Shown here: positions 1 to 9,357 of the stretch, in pieces
Numbering within the stretch: the stretch's first letter is position 1
Layout of the letters: each line of letters starts with the position of its first letter
From: a virus
Virus record (IMG/VR): IMGVR_UViG_3300035670_012166
Location: 69,915-120,181 of that record
Length of the DNA: 50,267 bases
Strand: one strand, 5' to 3'
The notes under the pieces: model-generated
Seen by the model: the letters and a program-made list of their open reading frames with translations, nothing else
Database searches by the model: none
What the model was told of the DNA's origin: nothing
Program-made: the position numbers and the translations under genes

Positions 1-1
1 C

Positions 2-1495
2 ATCGAGATCATCTTGGTTTTTATTTCGTTTAATAGGAGTTTTACCATCAGATCTTGATTCAGTGGGAATTTCTTTAACTGTAGTGTTTCCTGTTGCAAC
101 TCCATGTAATGCCAGAATATTTTTCTCTTCTTCTTCATCAAATTCAGAAATCTTGTTAAATTCTCTATTCATTCTTACTGGAAAGGGATTAAACCAAGCA
201 TCACGCATTTTTACAGGATGAAGAATACAATACCCGTGTTCTTTATTAGGTTCCATAGCAATAGCATAGGTACAAAGGTGCATTAGATTTTGTCCACCAG
301 AAGCAGCAGCTTGATCATAAGACATAAACTTATTTGCGTCTTTAGATTTCCTATTGTCTCTAATAGCCTCTCTGTTAATTTGTTGTGCGGTGAGAATTGG
401 AATATTGTATCTTTTTGCCAGAATGAATAATTCTTTGACAGCTTTTGATTGATTTTCCCAATCTTTAGCATTATTACCAGCATTTCTGACAGTCATATTA
501 CCAATGTAGTCAACAACGAGTAAATCTGGTTTACCTTTAGAAGCAATCAAATCTCTAATTTTTTGATCTATGTATTCTGGAGTAGGATCTTCCATATTTA
601 CATCATATTCAAAGTAAGGTCCATTTTCTTGAGTTTTAAGACCTTCATAAATTAGCTTCAATTCATCAGAAGATAAATCTGTACCCTTGATTTGATCATA
701 TGGAATTTCAAAACTTAAACTTACGTGCCTTAATAAACAAAGCCAAGCATTCATTTCAAAAGACATATAAAGTACATTTTTCTTGCCAACTTTGTTAGCG
801 TGTAAAGCTGAATTTAAAAGCATTACACTTTTACCACCAGAGGAAGGTGCTAAAAATACTACAATTTGACCTGGCATCCAACCAAAAGTTTTAGAATCTA
901 TGTGAGAAATTCCACATTCAATTCCCTTATATAATTCAGGTTGTTTAAGTCTTTTCTCATATTCATTCTTGAAAAAATCAGCACTAGAAGATACATCAAA
1001 ACTTTGTTTTTCATTAACAAAATCTGCTAGTTCATTATTAATTTCATTGATGCTACTTTGAAATAAATCTATAGTAGATTTTAAGTTTCCTTCACTAAGC
1101 AAAGGAGCACTATTAGAAAATGTGTCATTGAGAATTCTTAAACCATAATTCTTTTTCAATAAAGAAAATAATTCGTGAACTTCATTGTCATTTATGTCAG
1201 TGTTTTCAATCTCATCCCAAAGATTTAAGAACTTTCTCTTTTTAGCAGCACCTACACTGATTTCGTCCATTCTTAATTCAAGGACTAAACCTGTAAGCAA
1301 GCTATTATCACTAGAGGACCAATACTTAACAGCTAAATCATATAAGTTTGCTGTGTAACACATTTTTTCATTTTCGTCTTTAAAACAAAAATGATCTTTA
1401 GTGATATTTTTGGCGAGTGCTTTTTCAAGATGCTTGCCACTTTTTGTAATGGCAGATAAGCACATAATTTCTAATGTTCGTTGATCTAATTTCAT
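2..1495 (-). CDS. dnaB: Replicative DnaB-like (SF4) helicase, 3'-truncated by window edge
   Basis: Not in ORF track (no stop in window). Manual translation from ATG 1495 (MKLDQRTLEIMC...) gives Walker A APSSGGKS, YMSFEM, LLVVDYIG, ILTAQQINR and VKMRD, the SF4 H1-H4 motifs; start overlaps the upstream stop (ATGA). Confidence 0.92.
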   Translation of the reverse strand, partial: MKLDQRTLEIMCLSAITKSGKHLEKALAKNITKDHFCFKDENEKMCYTANLYDLAVKYWSSSDNSLLTGLVLELRMDEISVGAAKKRKFLNLWDEIENTDINDNEVHELFSLLKKNYGLRILNDTFSNSAPLLSEGNLKSTIDLFQSSINEINNELADFVNEKQSFDVSSSADFFKNEYEKRLKQPELYKGIECGISHIDSKTFGWMPGQIVVFLAPSSGGKSVMLLNSALHANKVGKKNVLYMSFEMNAWLCLLRHVSLSFEIPYDQIKGTDLSSDELKLIYEGLKTQENGPYFEYDVNMEDPTPEYIDQKIRDLIASKGKPDLLVVDYIGNMTVRNAGNNAKDWENQSKAVKELFILAKRYNIPILTAQQINREAIRDNRKSKDANKFMSYDQAAASGGQNLMHLCTYAIAMEPNKEHGYCILHPVKMRDAWFNPFPVRMNREFNKISEFDEEEEKNILALHGVATGNTTVKEIPTESRSDGKTPIKRNKNQDDLD

Positions 1496-2289
1496 TTTGT
1501 ATGTGGCAATCTTACCGTGAAACATCTATTAAGTAAAGAAGCCCAACCAGACCCTGTACTTGCATCAGCAATATTAGAACCAAGTAAAACAAAAGGTTTA
1601 CCAGAATTCAATCTAGATTTAGCTAACCTATCCAAATTTTGATTGAACATTTGGTGAGTGTATTTACATTGCTCAATTCCATCAATAGCAATAAAATCTA
1701 TGTTTTTGAAATCTTCATTAGCCTGTTCTAATTCAGCCTTCTTTTCAAAATCATTGAGATAACTTACTAAATCTGACCAATCATAATACTTGGCGGATAA
1801 ACCCTTTTTTATTGCTGATTTACATAAAACAGATGCAATAAAAGTTTTGCCACTACCAACACGACCTTCACATTTTAAGGAATGAAGTTTTGTTCTAATA
1901 TTCCCAGTGTGTCTAATATAAATATCTCTATTGTTGCAAATTGAAATAATATTCTTCACATAAAATTCAAGAATAAGATAAACAGTTTCGCTAATTTTTT
2001 GCTCACTACCTAATTCTCTGCCTTGTGAATCTGTTCTAGTATTCCAATCATCAAGTGAGTTGTTTAAGTAAATTCTGGGAATATTTGCTTTGTCATAAAT
2101 TTCTTTGTAAATCTTTTCTTTTTGACAAGAACACATCAATTCTTTGCCATTGATATTTTTGACATAGCCAGAATAATCGCATAAAGCACATCCAATGCCT
2201 TCATACTTATTCTTTATTTTTTGTTTTGCTGTTAAATTATCTGCTAACTTTTCAATACCAAGAATGTCATCAAAATTTATTTCAGGCAT
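1492..2289 (-). CDS. DnaC/IstB-like helicase loader ATPase
   Basis: N-terminal CALC...CSC Zn motif, Walker A GRVGSGKT, Walker B-like FIAIDG; directly upstream of DnaB. Confidence 0.8.
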   Translation of the reverse strand: MPEINFDDILGIEKLADNLTAKQKIKNKYEGIGCALCDYSGYVKNINGKELMCSCQKEKIYKEIYDKANIPRIYLNNSLDDWNTRTDSQGRELGSEQKISETVYLILEFYVKNIISICNNRDIYIRHTGNIRTKLHSLKCEGRVGSGKTFIASVLCKSAIKKGLSAKYYDWSDLVSYLNDFEKKAELEQANEDFKNIDFIAIDGIEQCKYTHQMFNQNLDRLAKSRLNSGKPFVLLGSNIADASTGSGWASLLNRCFTVRLPHTK

Positions 2290-3893
2290 TACAATTCATC
2301 CTCGGACTCATTGTATCTCTTAATTTCAAATTCGCCACCAGATGCATTTCTAGCTCTTTCTTTTGACCAAGCTCTTAGGAAAGCAATTTCTTCTTTCATA
2401 AGTTTAGATAAAGGCACAGATTCTTGAATGGCTTTAGTTATATCTGAAGTGGTCATTTCTCTTTTGCCATCACTAAATGCTTCATATAAAGCAGCTTCTA
2501 TGACAGCTTCAATTTCAGCGCCAGTAAAATTTTCAGATAAATCAGCTAAAAGTTCAAGATTATAATTGTGATAATCTCTATTTCTTTTTTCTAAGTGAAT
2601 TTTAAAAATAGTTTTTCTTTCAAGTAGTTTAGGAAGATCAACAAAGAAAATCTCATCAAATCTTCCTTTTCTAAGTAGTTCAGGAGGTAAAGAAGTAACA
2701 TCATTGGCAGTAGCAACAACAAATACTGGAGATTTTCTATCCTGCATCCAAGTAAGCCAAGAGCCTAAAACTCTTGAAGTTGTTCCACCATCTGTAGTGC
2801 TAGATGCTTTTGAACCAGACATACCTTTGTCTATTTCATCACACCAAAGAATACAGGGGGCAACAGATTCAGCAACTTTAAAAACTTGTCTCATATTTTG
2901 TTCAGAACTACCTACAAGACCTGAGAAAACTTTACCCATATCAAGTCTTAATAATGGAAAATTCCAAAATGATGATATAGCTTTAGCAAATAATGATTTA
3001 CCAGCACCTTGAATACCTACTAACAAAATTCCCTTAGGATTTGCTGGCAATCCATATTCAAAAGCCTCTACCGAAAAAGCATCTTTTCTTTTTTCAAGCC
3101 AAGATTTTAATCCATATAGTCCACCAATACTTTTCATATCAGTAGGGTCATCAATCCAATCTAGCAAACCTGACTTACGGATTATATCTTTTTTCTGATT
3201 AATAATTGCTTCTGGAAGTAAAGAAGTATGTTTGATCATACAATAAGTACAAACTTGCTCACACTCTGAAATTGATAAACCTCTGAAACAATTAACAATG
3301 TTATCTAATTCTTCATTAGTGTAAGAAGTTTGAAATTTGTTAGCAAGCTCTGGTCTCTTCGAAGCTTTTTCTAACAAAGAATTTATTTTGATATTGATTT
3401 CATCTTTAGTTGGTAATGGAAAATCTATAACAGGGATAGATTTTTCTAAATCTTGAGGTAAATCTAAAGATGCTGAAAGAATGATTATTGCTTTGTTTTC
3501 AGTGGTAAAATCATAAATCAAATTTTTAAGTTGTCTTATAACTTTGATTTCAACTTGGCCTTTGTAATTACCAGAACCAAAAAATTTATTATAATCTTTA
3601 AGAACTAAAACACAAAATTTATTTTTAGGAACAATCAGGTTTTTAAACCAAGCTAAAATTTCTTCTTGATCTAAATTACAATCAGTTTGTTTTGCTGGAA
3701 GAAATTCTGGAAATGTTGAGTGAAGACCAGTAACAATATCCCATCTAAGCATATCCCAAGAAATATCAGCCTTGGAACATAAATTTTCCAAAGCTGACAT
3801 TACTCTATTTTCTTCTTGAGATACTAAATACAAGACTGTTCTTTTAGATCTTATAAGTAACTCAATTTCATTTATCGTTTGATTGCTGTCCAT
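2289..3893 (-). CDS. AAA+ ATPase, Ycf46/SpoVK-like
   Basis: Walker A GIQGAGKS, Walker B LWCDEIDK, VVATAN, SRH LPPELLRKGRFDEIFFVDLP; degenerate N-terminal AAA module typical of Ycf46. Confidence 0.9.
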   Translation of the reverse strand: MDSNQTINEIELLIRSKRTVLYLVSQEENRVMSALENLCSKADISWDMLRWDIVTGLHSTFPEFLPAKQTDCNLDQEEILAWFKNLIVPKNKFCVLVLKDYNKFFGSGNYKGQVEIKVIRQLKNLIYDFTTENKAIIILSASLDLPQDLEKSIPVIDFPLPTKDEINIKINSLLEKASKRPELANKFQTSYTNEELDNIVNCFRGLSISECEQVCTYCMIKHTSLLPEAIINQKKDIIRKSGLLDWIDDPTDMKSIGGLYGLKSWLEKRKDAFSVEAFEYGLPANPKGILLVGIQGAGKSLFAKAISSFWNFPLLRLDMGKVFSGLVGSSEQNMRQVFKVAESVAPCILWCDEIDKGMSGSKASSTTDGGTTSRVLGSWLTWMQDRKSPVFVVATANDVTSLPPELLRKGRFDEIFFVDLPKLLERKTIFKIHLEKRNRDYHNYNLELLADLSENFTGAEIEAVIEAALYEAFSDGKREMTTSDITKAIQESVPLSKLMKEEIAFLRAWSKERARNASGGEFEIKRYNESEDEL

Positions 3894-4710
3894 CTAAAAA
3901 TTTCTGAAATTCAAATCTAGGATTACCTGGATAATCTTCATCTCTCCACCAGGTTTCTTCCTTGTATTTAGCGGTGTATTTAACAAATATTTCACGCCAA
4001 TTTAAAAGTTTAAACTCAGGTAAATATGGTGACCTTGAAATTGATTTATTAAATATATCTGAAACAATTTTCTTTTCTTCAGGTGTACCTTTAGATAACT
4101 TGTCAAACAGTTTTGTCAGTCCAGATACAAAATCCTCATTAGAAACATTCAAATAGTTTGCATAGTAGGTGCAAGAGATAGGAATACCATATTTTGCAAA
4201 CAATTCTTTAGATCTACCTAATTGTGCTAAATTATGTAAATCATTGAAAATTTGGACCTTAGGCGCTGAACTATTCACATTGATAACATCTTGGTAAAAA
4301 CGATTCAAAAAATGTGGAAATTCAGATAAAAGAAAGTGTCCAGAACGTTGCATAATTACTGACTTGTGAGTAAAACACCAATCAATAAATTTCATAGTCC
4401 ATTCATTTGATTCAAGTTCATTATCAGACATAAAATCAGAAATAATATTTATGATTTTGTTATCAGAAGTGTAAGTCACACGATACACACCATCAAATGC
4501 TTTTTTATATTCATTGCAAAAATGATCTGTAAAGTTCTTAGCAGTCCAATCTTTAATATCTTCAGGGGCTGCTTTAATAGTTTTAACAACAGGCTTTTTC
4601 CTTTGCCTCTTATTAGCTTGGAAAGGATTAGATAATTCTGTTTGTAATGGAACTCTTTGCATATAAATACTTTTCACATAATCAAGTGTGGGATCATTTA
4701 CAGTTTTCAT
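3868..4710 (-). CDS. Hypothetical protein in replication operon
   Basis: 280-aa ORF overlapping both neighbours; no recognised motif. Confidence 0.7.
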   Translation of the reverse strand: MKTVNDPTLDYVKSIYMQRVPLQTELSNPFQANKRQRKKPVVKTIKAAPEDIKDWTAKNFTDHFCNEYKKAFDGVYRVTYTSDNKIINIISDFMSDNELESNEWTMKFIDWCFTHKSVIMQRSGHFLLSEFPHFLNRFYQDVINVNSSAPKVQIFNDLHNLAQLGRSKELFAKYGIPISCTYYANYLNVSNEDFVSGLTKLFDKLSKGTPEEKKIVSDIFNKSISRSPYLPEFKLLNWREIFVKYTAKYKEETWWRDEDYPGNPRFEFQKFLDGQQSNDK

Positions 4711-5432
4711 TAGAAATCTTCGTTCTTTTCGTCGATTGATATTTGTGATTGTAAATCAAATAACTCTTCTTTGCTAACTTTTCCAACACAAGCTATGCCA
4801 TCTACTTTGTAAACATAAAAATTCATATCAGATATTTCTGAGAATATAGCAGCATCGTGGCTAACCAACATAACTTGCAAATCTAACTCTTTAATAAACT
4901 TATCTAAAAAAATAAGCAATCTTTTCATATTTTCTTTGGATACGGATGCTAAAGCTTCGTCAATTACATAGATACCATCATAGTTATTGTAAGTACCAAA
5001 TGCTATTCTGAGAATGAGGCTAACAATTTCCATTAGCCCTCCACCATTAGAACCTCTGATTGGTCTTTTTACTCTGACTCCATCAATTGTTTTTTCAATA
5101 GATGGTTGAATTGTGTACAGTCCAGTATTTTCACTATCTTTAGAGCTTATTTCTTTTAGGTCAAAGCTAAAAGTGTAATCAGGGTCATAAATTTGTTGCA
5201 CTGCAGGAGTCATAACTTCTTCAATTTTTGCAAGTGCAGCAAGCCTAGTGTCAGAGGCACGTTTGAGTAAAAATAGTTGAGCTTTCTTAGTATCATCTTT
5301 TAATACTAATAATTCTTTTAAAGAAGATTCTTGCTCATCTAACAATGTTTGCAAGGTGTTCTTTTCGGCTTCTTGTCCAATAAGAACTCTTTCTACTTTG
5401 TTTAATTGACTCTTGATATCTGATATTTCCAA
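4710..5432 (-). CDS. Rad50/SbcC C-terminal half (ABC signature, Walker B, H-loop)
   Basis: Coiled-coil N-terminus, signature-like SNGGG, Walker B YVIDEA, H-loop LVSHD; no Walker A; TTG start. Confidence 0.85.
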   Translation of the reverse strand: MEISDIKSQLNKVERVLIGQEAEKNTLQTLLDEQESSLKELLVLKDDTKKAQLFLLKRASDTRLAALAKIEEVMTPAVQQIYDPDYTFSFDLKEISSKDSENTGLYTIQPSIEKTIDGVRVKRPIRGSNGGGLMEIVSLILRIAFGTYNNYDGIYVIDEALASVSKENMKRLLIFLDKFIKELDLQVMLVSHDAAIFSEISDMNFYVYKVDGIACVGKVSKEELFDLQSQISIDEKNEDF

Positions 5433-5434
5433 GA

Positions 5435-5689
5435 TCAGTCTCCTTGGAGTACTTTCAGTTTAGTTTCAATTTCAGACAATTTAGTTTCTAGATTATTGTG
5501 CTTTTGTTCTATCAAGGCGCTCAAATCTTTTGGCTTACAATTGTAAACTTCTGAACATTCTTTGACTGCATCTTGATATTCTTTTTTGTATTTTTCAAGA
5601 TTAGATTGCAAAACCTGAACTTTACCAATTGCAGTGGATTTTTGAGATTTGTAACTTTCAATTTGTTCCCGAATTTCTTTTGCCGTCAT
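5435..5689 (-). CDS. Small coiled-coil protein between SbcD and the SbcC C-half
   Basis: Heptad-rich ORF; likely start MTAKEIRE at 5689. Confidence 0.7.
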   Translation of the reverse strand: MTAKEIREQIESYKSQKSTAIGKVQVLQSNLEKYKKEYQDAVKECSEVYNCKPKDLSALIEQKHNNLETKLSEIETKLKVLQGD

Positions 5690-6668
5690 TTGTATTAACC
5701 TCTCTAACAGCTTCAATAGCTATTTTTGTAATAGACTCTGATAATTCATTGTCAGTAGCCATTTGTTTTAAGACCTGTATTTTATCATCTAAAGAAGTGA
5801 ATTGCCAAGAGTGAATTCTGATACTAGCAATTTTTGATTTAAATTCAGCAATTTCAGCCTTCTGTGATTTTGCAATATTGATTTCTTCCAATTTAAAAAC
5901 TTCTTCAGATTTCTTAGCACATTTTAAAAATATGTACTCTTCATTTAAGATATCGCCATCAAGAGTATAGTCTACAATTAAAATTTGAATATCTTTGTTA
6001 AGGTTATCTTTGGAAGCACTATATCTACTAATTGCTCCAGGATTGATAAATCTTTTACCATCAGATCTAGTCTGTTCCATTGCGTGATGAATATGTCCAG
6101 AAATAACTAAAGAAGTATTAGGATGTAATGGAACATTTTCAAAAAGATATGTGTATTCTTGAAATCTGTCTAATTTTGTTGAAATAGAAGCGTGACATAT
6201 CCAAATGATTGCAGATGAAGAAGTGAGTAAACCATTTTGGATTTCTCTGTCTAAATTAGGGGTGTAATGAGCAAATGACATACCTAAAGAAGGTTCGTAT
6301 GATGTATATTGCAAAACACCAGCAGAGATCAAGGTACCAAGAGCAGTTTTTTCAAGTTTTGAAGAACTATCTAAATCATGATTGCCAACACAAACATAAA
6401 TAGGAAATGACCAGGGTTTACCATTTGGTTCACCTTTTAATATTTCTAATGTTTGATTTCTTAGTAATGGGCCAACTTCATAAACCTCAAATAAATCACC
6501 TAATAAAATAACAGCATCAAGTTGACGTTCTTCAGCAATCATCAAACTTTCAGTTAATTTAGCTTTGATTGCTTCACAATAGTTGTCTAATCTGTTTTTA
6601 GGTTGCTTATCAGATAAATGAACATCTCCAACAATCATTACAGATTTCTTCTTAACTAAATTATTCAT
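5658..6668 (-). CDS. sbcD: Mre11/SbcD metallophosphoesterase nuclease
   Basis: GDVHL, LGDLF, GNHD, CHA and GHIH motifs, NPGA; flanked by SbcC halves. Confidence 0.9.
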   Translation of the reverse strand: MNNLVKKKSVMIVGDVHLSDKQPKNRLDNYCEAIKAKLTESLMIAEERQLDAVILLGDLFEVYEVGPLLRNQTLEILKGEPNGKPWSFPIYVCVGNHDLDSSSKLEKTALGTLISAGVLQYTSYEPSLGMSFAHYTPNLDREIQNGLLTSSSAIIWICHASISTKLDRFQEYTYLFENVPLHPNTSLVISGHIHHAMEQTRSDGKRFINPGAISRYSASKDNLNKDIQILIVDYTLDGDILNEEYIFLKCAKKSEEVFKLEEINIAKSQKAEIAEFKSKIASIRIHSWQFTSLDDKIQVLKQMATDNELSESITKIAIEAVREVNTNDGKRNSGTN

Positions 6669-7792
6669 AGTTCATTTCCACATTCAGAACAAAATTCAAA
6701 ATTTTCTTCAAGATACAATTCGAGCTCTTTGATGCTATTTTCCAAATCAGTAATTTGTTTTTCAGTATTTTCAATTAATAGTTCAGTGTCAGACACATTA
6801 CGATTAGTTTCTTGAATACTTTTATCTAGAATTTTCATTTCACCATACTCAACATAAATATCTTGACATTCATCTATCAATGAACCAATATCACCATTAG
6901 AAATGTTTTCGTAATAGTCTATTTCAGATTGAACATTTTTAATTTTATTCTTTACATTTGATAAGTTTTCAAGAAGAATCAATCCACCTTCCATATCTGT
7001 AAAATGATTTTCTAAATCAACGATATGATCATCAAAAAATGTGATTATAGTATTTTCTTGTTCTATTTGATTATGACAGTCAATAGATTTTTCTTTAATT
7101 TTTCTCAACTTTGCTTGAATAGTTGATATGGAATTTATATCTTCTTGAATCAAGTCATAGTCAGTAATTAAATTTTTTAGAATTTCAAGCTTGGATATTT
7201 TTTCATCTAAATTTTCATAAGGCTCTAGCTTGTCTTTTGTCTTTGCAATTTCTTCATTGACTTTCTTAATTTCAACTGATGTTTTATTGTTTTGAGTATT
7301 TAAATATGAAGCTGCATCTTCAAGGTCATCAATTCCTAATAACTTAGAAATTTCTTTATGAAGAGATTCATCGCTTACATTTACAAGAAAAAGTTTGTCT
7401 TCTTGAGTTGCAAATGGAAGATAACTATTGGATGTTTTAGGAATATTTCCAATAAAATCTTTAACCTCTTTTGGAAATGCCTTACCAAATTTGGAATAAA
7501 CTTCTACTGCTTTACCTTCATATTGAATTTCAATCTCATTCACTTCACCTTTAGTTCTTAAGTAATAATCCCCATTAGCATAAGTGATTGAAACACTTGA
7601 ATTTTTGCATCCATCTCTAATATCTGGCTTTCTAAAAATATCAAAGTAAGCCATAATTAATGCACGTACTTGAGCTGATTTGCCACTATCAGAGCTGCCC
7701 GTAAATAAATTTAGATTCGGGTGTAATTCTAGTGTAGTATCTTTGTGATTTTGAAAGTCTTGAAGTCGTATTTTGCTTATTTTTCTACTCAT
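6665..7792 (-). CDS. Rad50/SbcC N-terminal half ending at the Zn hook
   Basis: IRLQDFQNH, Walker A GSSDSGKS, Q-loop FATQ, long coiled coil, terminal CSECG. Confidence 0.88.
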   Translation of the reverse strand: MSRKISKIRLQDFQNHKDTTLELHPNLNLFTGSSDSGKSAQVRALIMAYFDIFRKPDIRDGCKNSSVSITYANGDYYLRTKGEVNEIEIQYEGKAVEVYSKFGKAFPKEVKDFIGNIPKTSNSYLPFATQEDKLFLVNVSDESLHKEISKLLGIDDLEDAASYLNTQNNKTSVEIKKVNEEIAKTKDKLEPYENLDEKISKLEILKNLITDYDLIQEDINSISTIQAKLRKIKEKSIDCHNQIEQENTIITFFDDHIVDLENHFTDMEGGLILLENLSNVKNKIKNVQSEIDYYENISNGDIGSLIDECQDIYVEYGEMKILDKSIQETNRNVSDTELLIENTEKQITDLENSIKELELYLEENFEFCSECGNEL

Positions 7793-8274
7793 CTCAGAAG
7801 CATTGTACTCATAATATCTGGAAAATGCAAGTCAACAAATTCAGTTCTTGCTCTCATAATTGAATCAGATATGGCTGATTTTTCTGGGATAAGCACTTTG
7901 TATAATTCTGCCTTTTTAATCTTTATTGGATTATTTGTCATTGAGCAGCATTTTTCAGTTTTGCCATTGTGAATCTTATTGCAACTAAGACAAATAAATT
8001 CTGTAGATTTAAAATATGGAATAAAGAAATTGACAGATATTTCTAAATCAAGTTTTCTAAATTTTATAAATGTGGAATTGTTAAAGTCCCTGTAGTTTTC
8101 GCACATTTTTCTATATGAATTATTTTTGTTTTCAACAAATAATGTGTTTGGAATCTTGATTTCATATTCATTTGTGAAAACAAATTTTGTATCAGATAAT
8201 ATACCTGGACTTGCCAAACAGCATAGGATTTCATTGTTGAATTGAGAAAATCTATATAGTGCTGGTTTTGTCAT
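7789..8274 (-). CDS. Hypothetical protein (Cys-rich)
   Basis: 161-aa ORF overlapping the SbcC-N start; CLSC...CC. Confidence 0.6.
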   Translation of the reverse strand: MTKPALYRFSQFNNEILCCLASPGILSDTKFVFTNEYEIKIPNTLFVENKNNSYRKMCENYRDFNNSTFIKFRKLDLEISVNFFIPYFKSTEFICLSCNKIHNGKTEKCCSMTNNPIKIKKAELYKVLIPEKSAISDSIMRARTEFVDLHFPDIMSTMLLR

Positions 8275-8284
8275 AGGAGGAATT

Positions 8285-8482
8285 GTGAAAATAAATATTG
8301 ATCGTGATATGCTACTTACAGAATTATACGATTTAAGAGCAATATTGACAGAAGCAGCATTAGAATCAGATGAAGCAGCTAAAGGTAAAATTAAAGTAGA
8401 TCAAATTATCACTTTAATAATGAATTCGCCACAATCAGAAAATAATTCTTCTTACCCAAAGCCGAAATTGAGGAGGGGATAA
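8285..8482 (+). CDS. Hypothetical protein
   Basis: GTG start with strong SD AGGAGG; coupled to next ORF. Confidence 0.65.
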   Translation: MKINIDRDMLLTELYDLRAILTEAALESDEAAKGKIKVDQIITLIMNSPQSENNSSYPKPKLRRG

Positions 8483-8712
8483 TGACACAAGCAAGATTAG
8501 AAGAAATTTTATCGCAAGAAGTAATTTCAAATGAAAACATAGCAGAAATTACTGGCGATATGTTTATATCTTTTAGCAAACATTTTAAAGAGATGAAAAA
8601 TCAAATAAATTTCCTTTGTGAAGAGATAGATAATTTGAAAAAAGAAATCCAAGTATTAGAGAATAAATCTAATCTTGGATTTGGAGTTATCTTGGAAGAT
8701 GAAGAGGATTAG
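8482..8712 (+). CDS. Hypothetical coiled-coil protein
   Basis: SD GAGGAGG, TAATG coupling. Confidence 0.65.
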   Translation: MTQARLEEILSQEVISNENIAEITGDMFISFSKHFKEMKNQINFLCEEIDNLKKEIQVLENKSNLGFGVILEDEED

Positions 8713-9263
8713 CCCTCTTCATCTTTTTCTTCAAAATTTACAATAAATTGCTGGTCTGTTTCATAACTAGCAAAAACATTTGAAGATACTTTATATACAT
8801 CAGTACTTCCAGTGTAAGGACAAGTAATCAGATAATCTTCGTAATCTTCCATCTTGTCTTCTAATGTATTATATTTTTGCTTGATAATTGTTGATACTTT
8901 TCCCTTGAGCATTCTATTGCGAGATTTCTTTTCAGCAGACGTTCCAGCTGTTGTGTCAAAATCTTCAGAAATTACACCAAGACTTCTTTCGCCTTCTTCA
9001 GTAAGGTCTTCATCATCAAAATCATCAAGAAGATCAATGTCATCTATTGGAACTTCTACTTGAATCATTTTTCCGTTTAATTCAACTGTAATAGTGTGTG
9101 TTTGAAAATTGTGAGCACTACCACTAATTTCTTCAATCTCTAGTTGAGCTGCTAAAGTTTGTGATTCTGCTGTTTCTTGATCAACAATAATTCCCGCTAC
9201 ATTAGATCTTGATCTATTATTTTCATATGATGATTCTTTACTGTCATTAAATTTATCTGCCAT
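8709..9263 (-). CDS. Acidic hypothetical protein
   Basis: 184 aa, D/E-rich; upstream GGTATAAT -10 box and AAGGA SD. Confidence 0.7.
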   Translation of the reverse strand: MADKFNDSKESSYENNRSRSNVAGIIVDQETAESQTLAAQLEIEEISGSAHNFQTHTITVELNGKMIQVEVPIDDIDLLDDFDDEDLTEEGERSLGVISEDFDTTAGTSAEKKSRNRMLKGKVSTIIKQKYNTLEDKMEDYEDYLITCPYTGSTDVYKVSSNVFASYETDQQFIVNFEEKDEEG

Positions 9264-9300
9264 TGCCTAGTCCTTTATAATAATTATACCTATGGTTTAA

Positions 9301-9325
9301 AGGGCTTTAAAGTTCTTAAAAAGAA
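9301..9325 (+). promoter_or_regulatory. Putative phage late-promoter motif AGGG-N17-AGAA
   Basis: Same spacing recurs at 15765-15789, 20529-20553(-), 38776-38800 and 42224-42248. Confidence 0.45.
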
Positions 9326-9357
9326 AAGTAATCATATCTCTTATTTGGATCTTATTT

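Noticed and set aside
283-483. 66-aa minus-strand ORF in the track
   Set aside because: Out-of-frame shadow inside the DnaB helicase CDS (2-1495).
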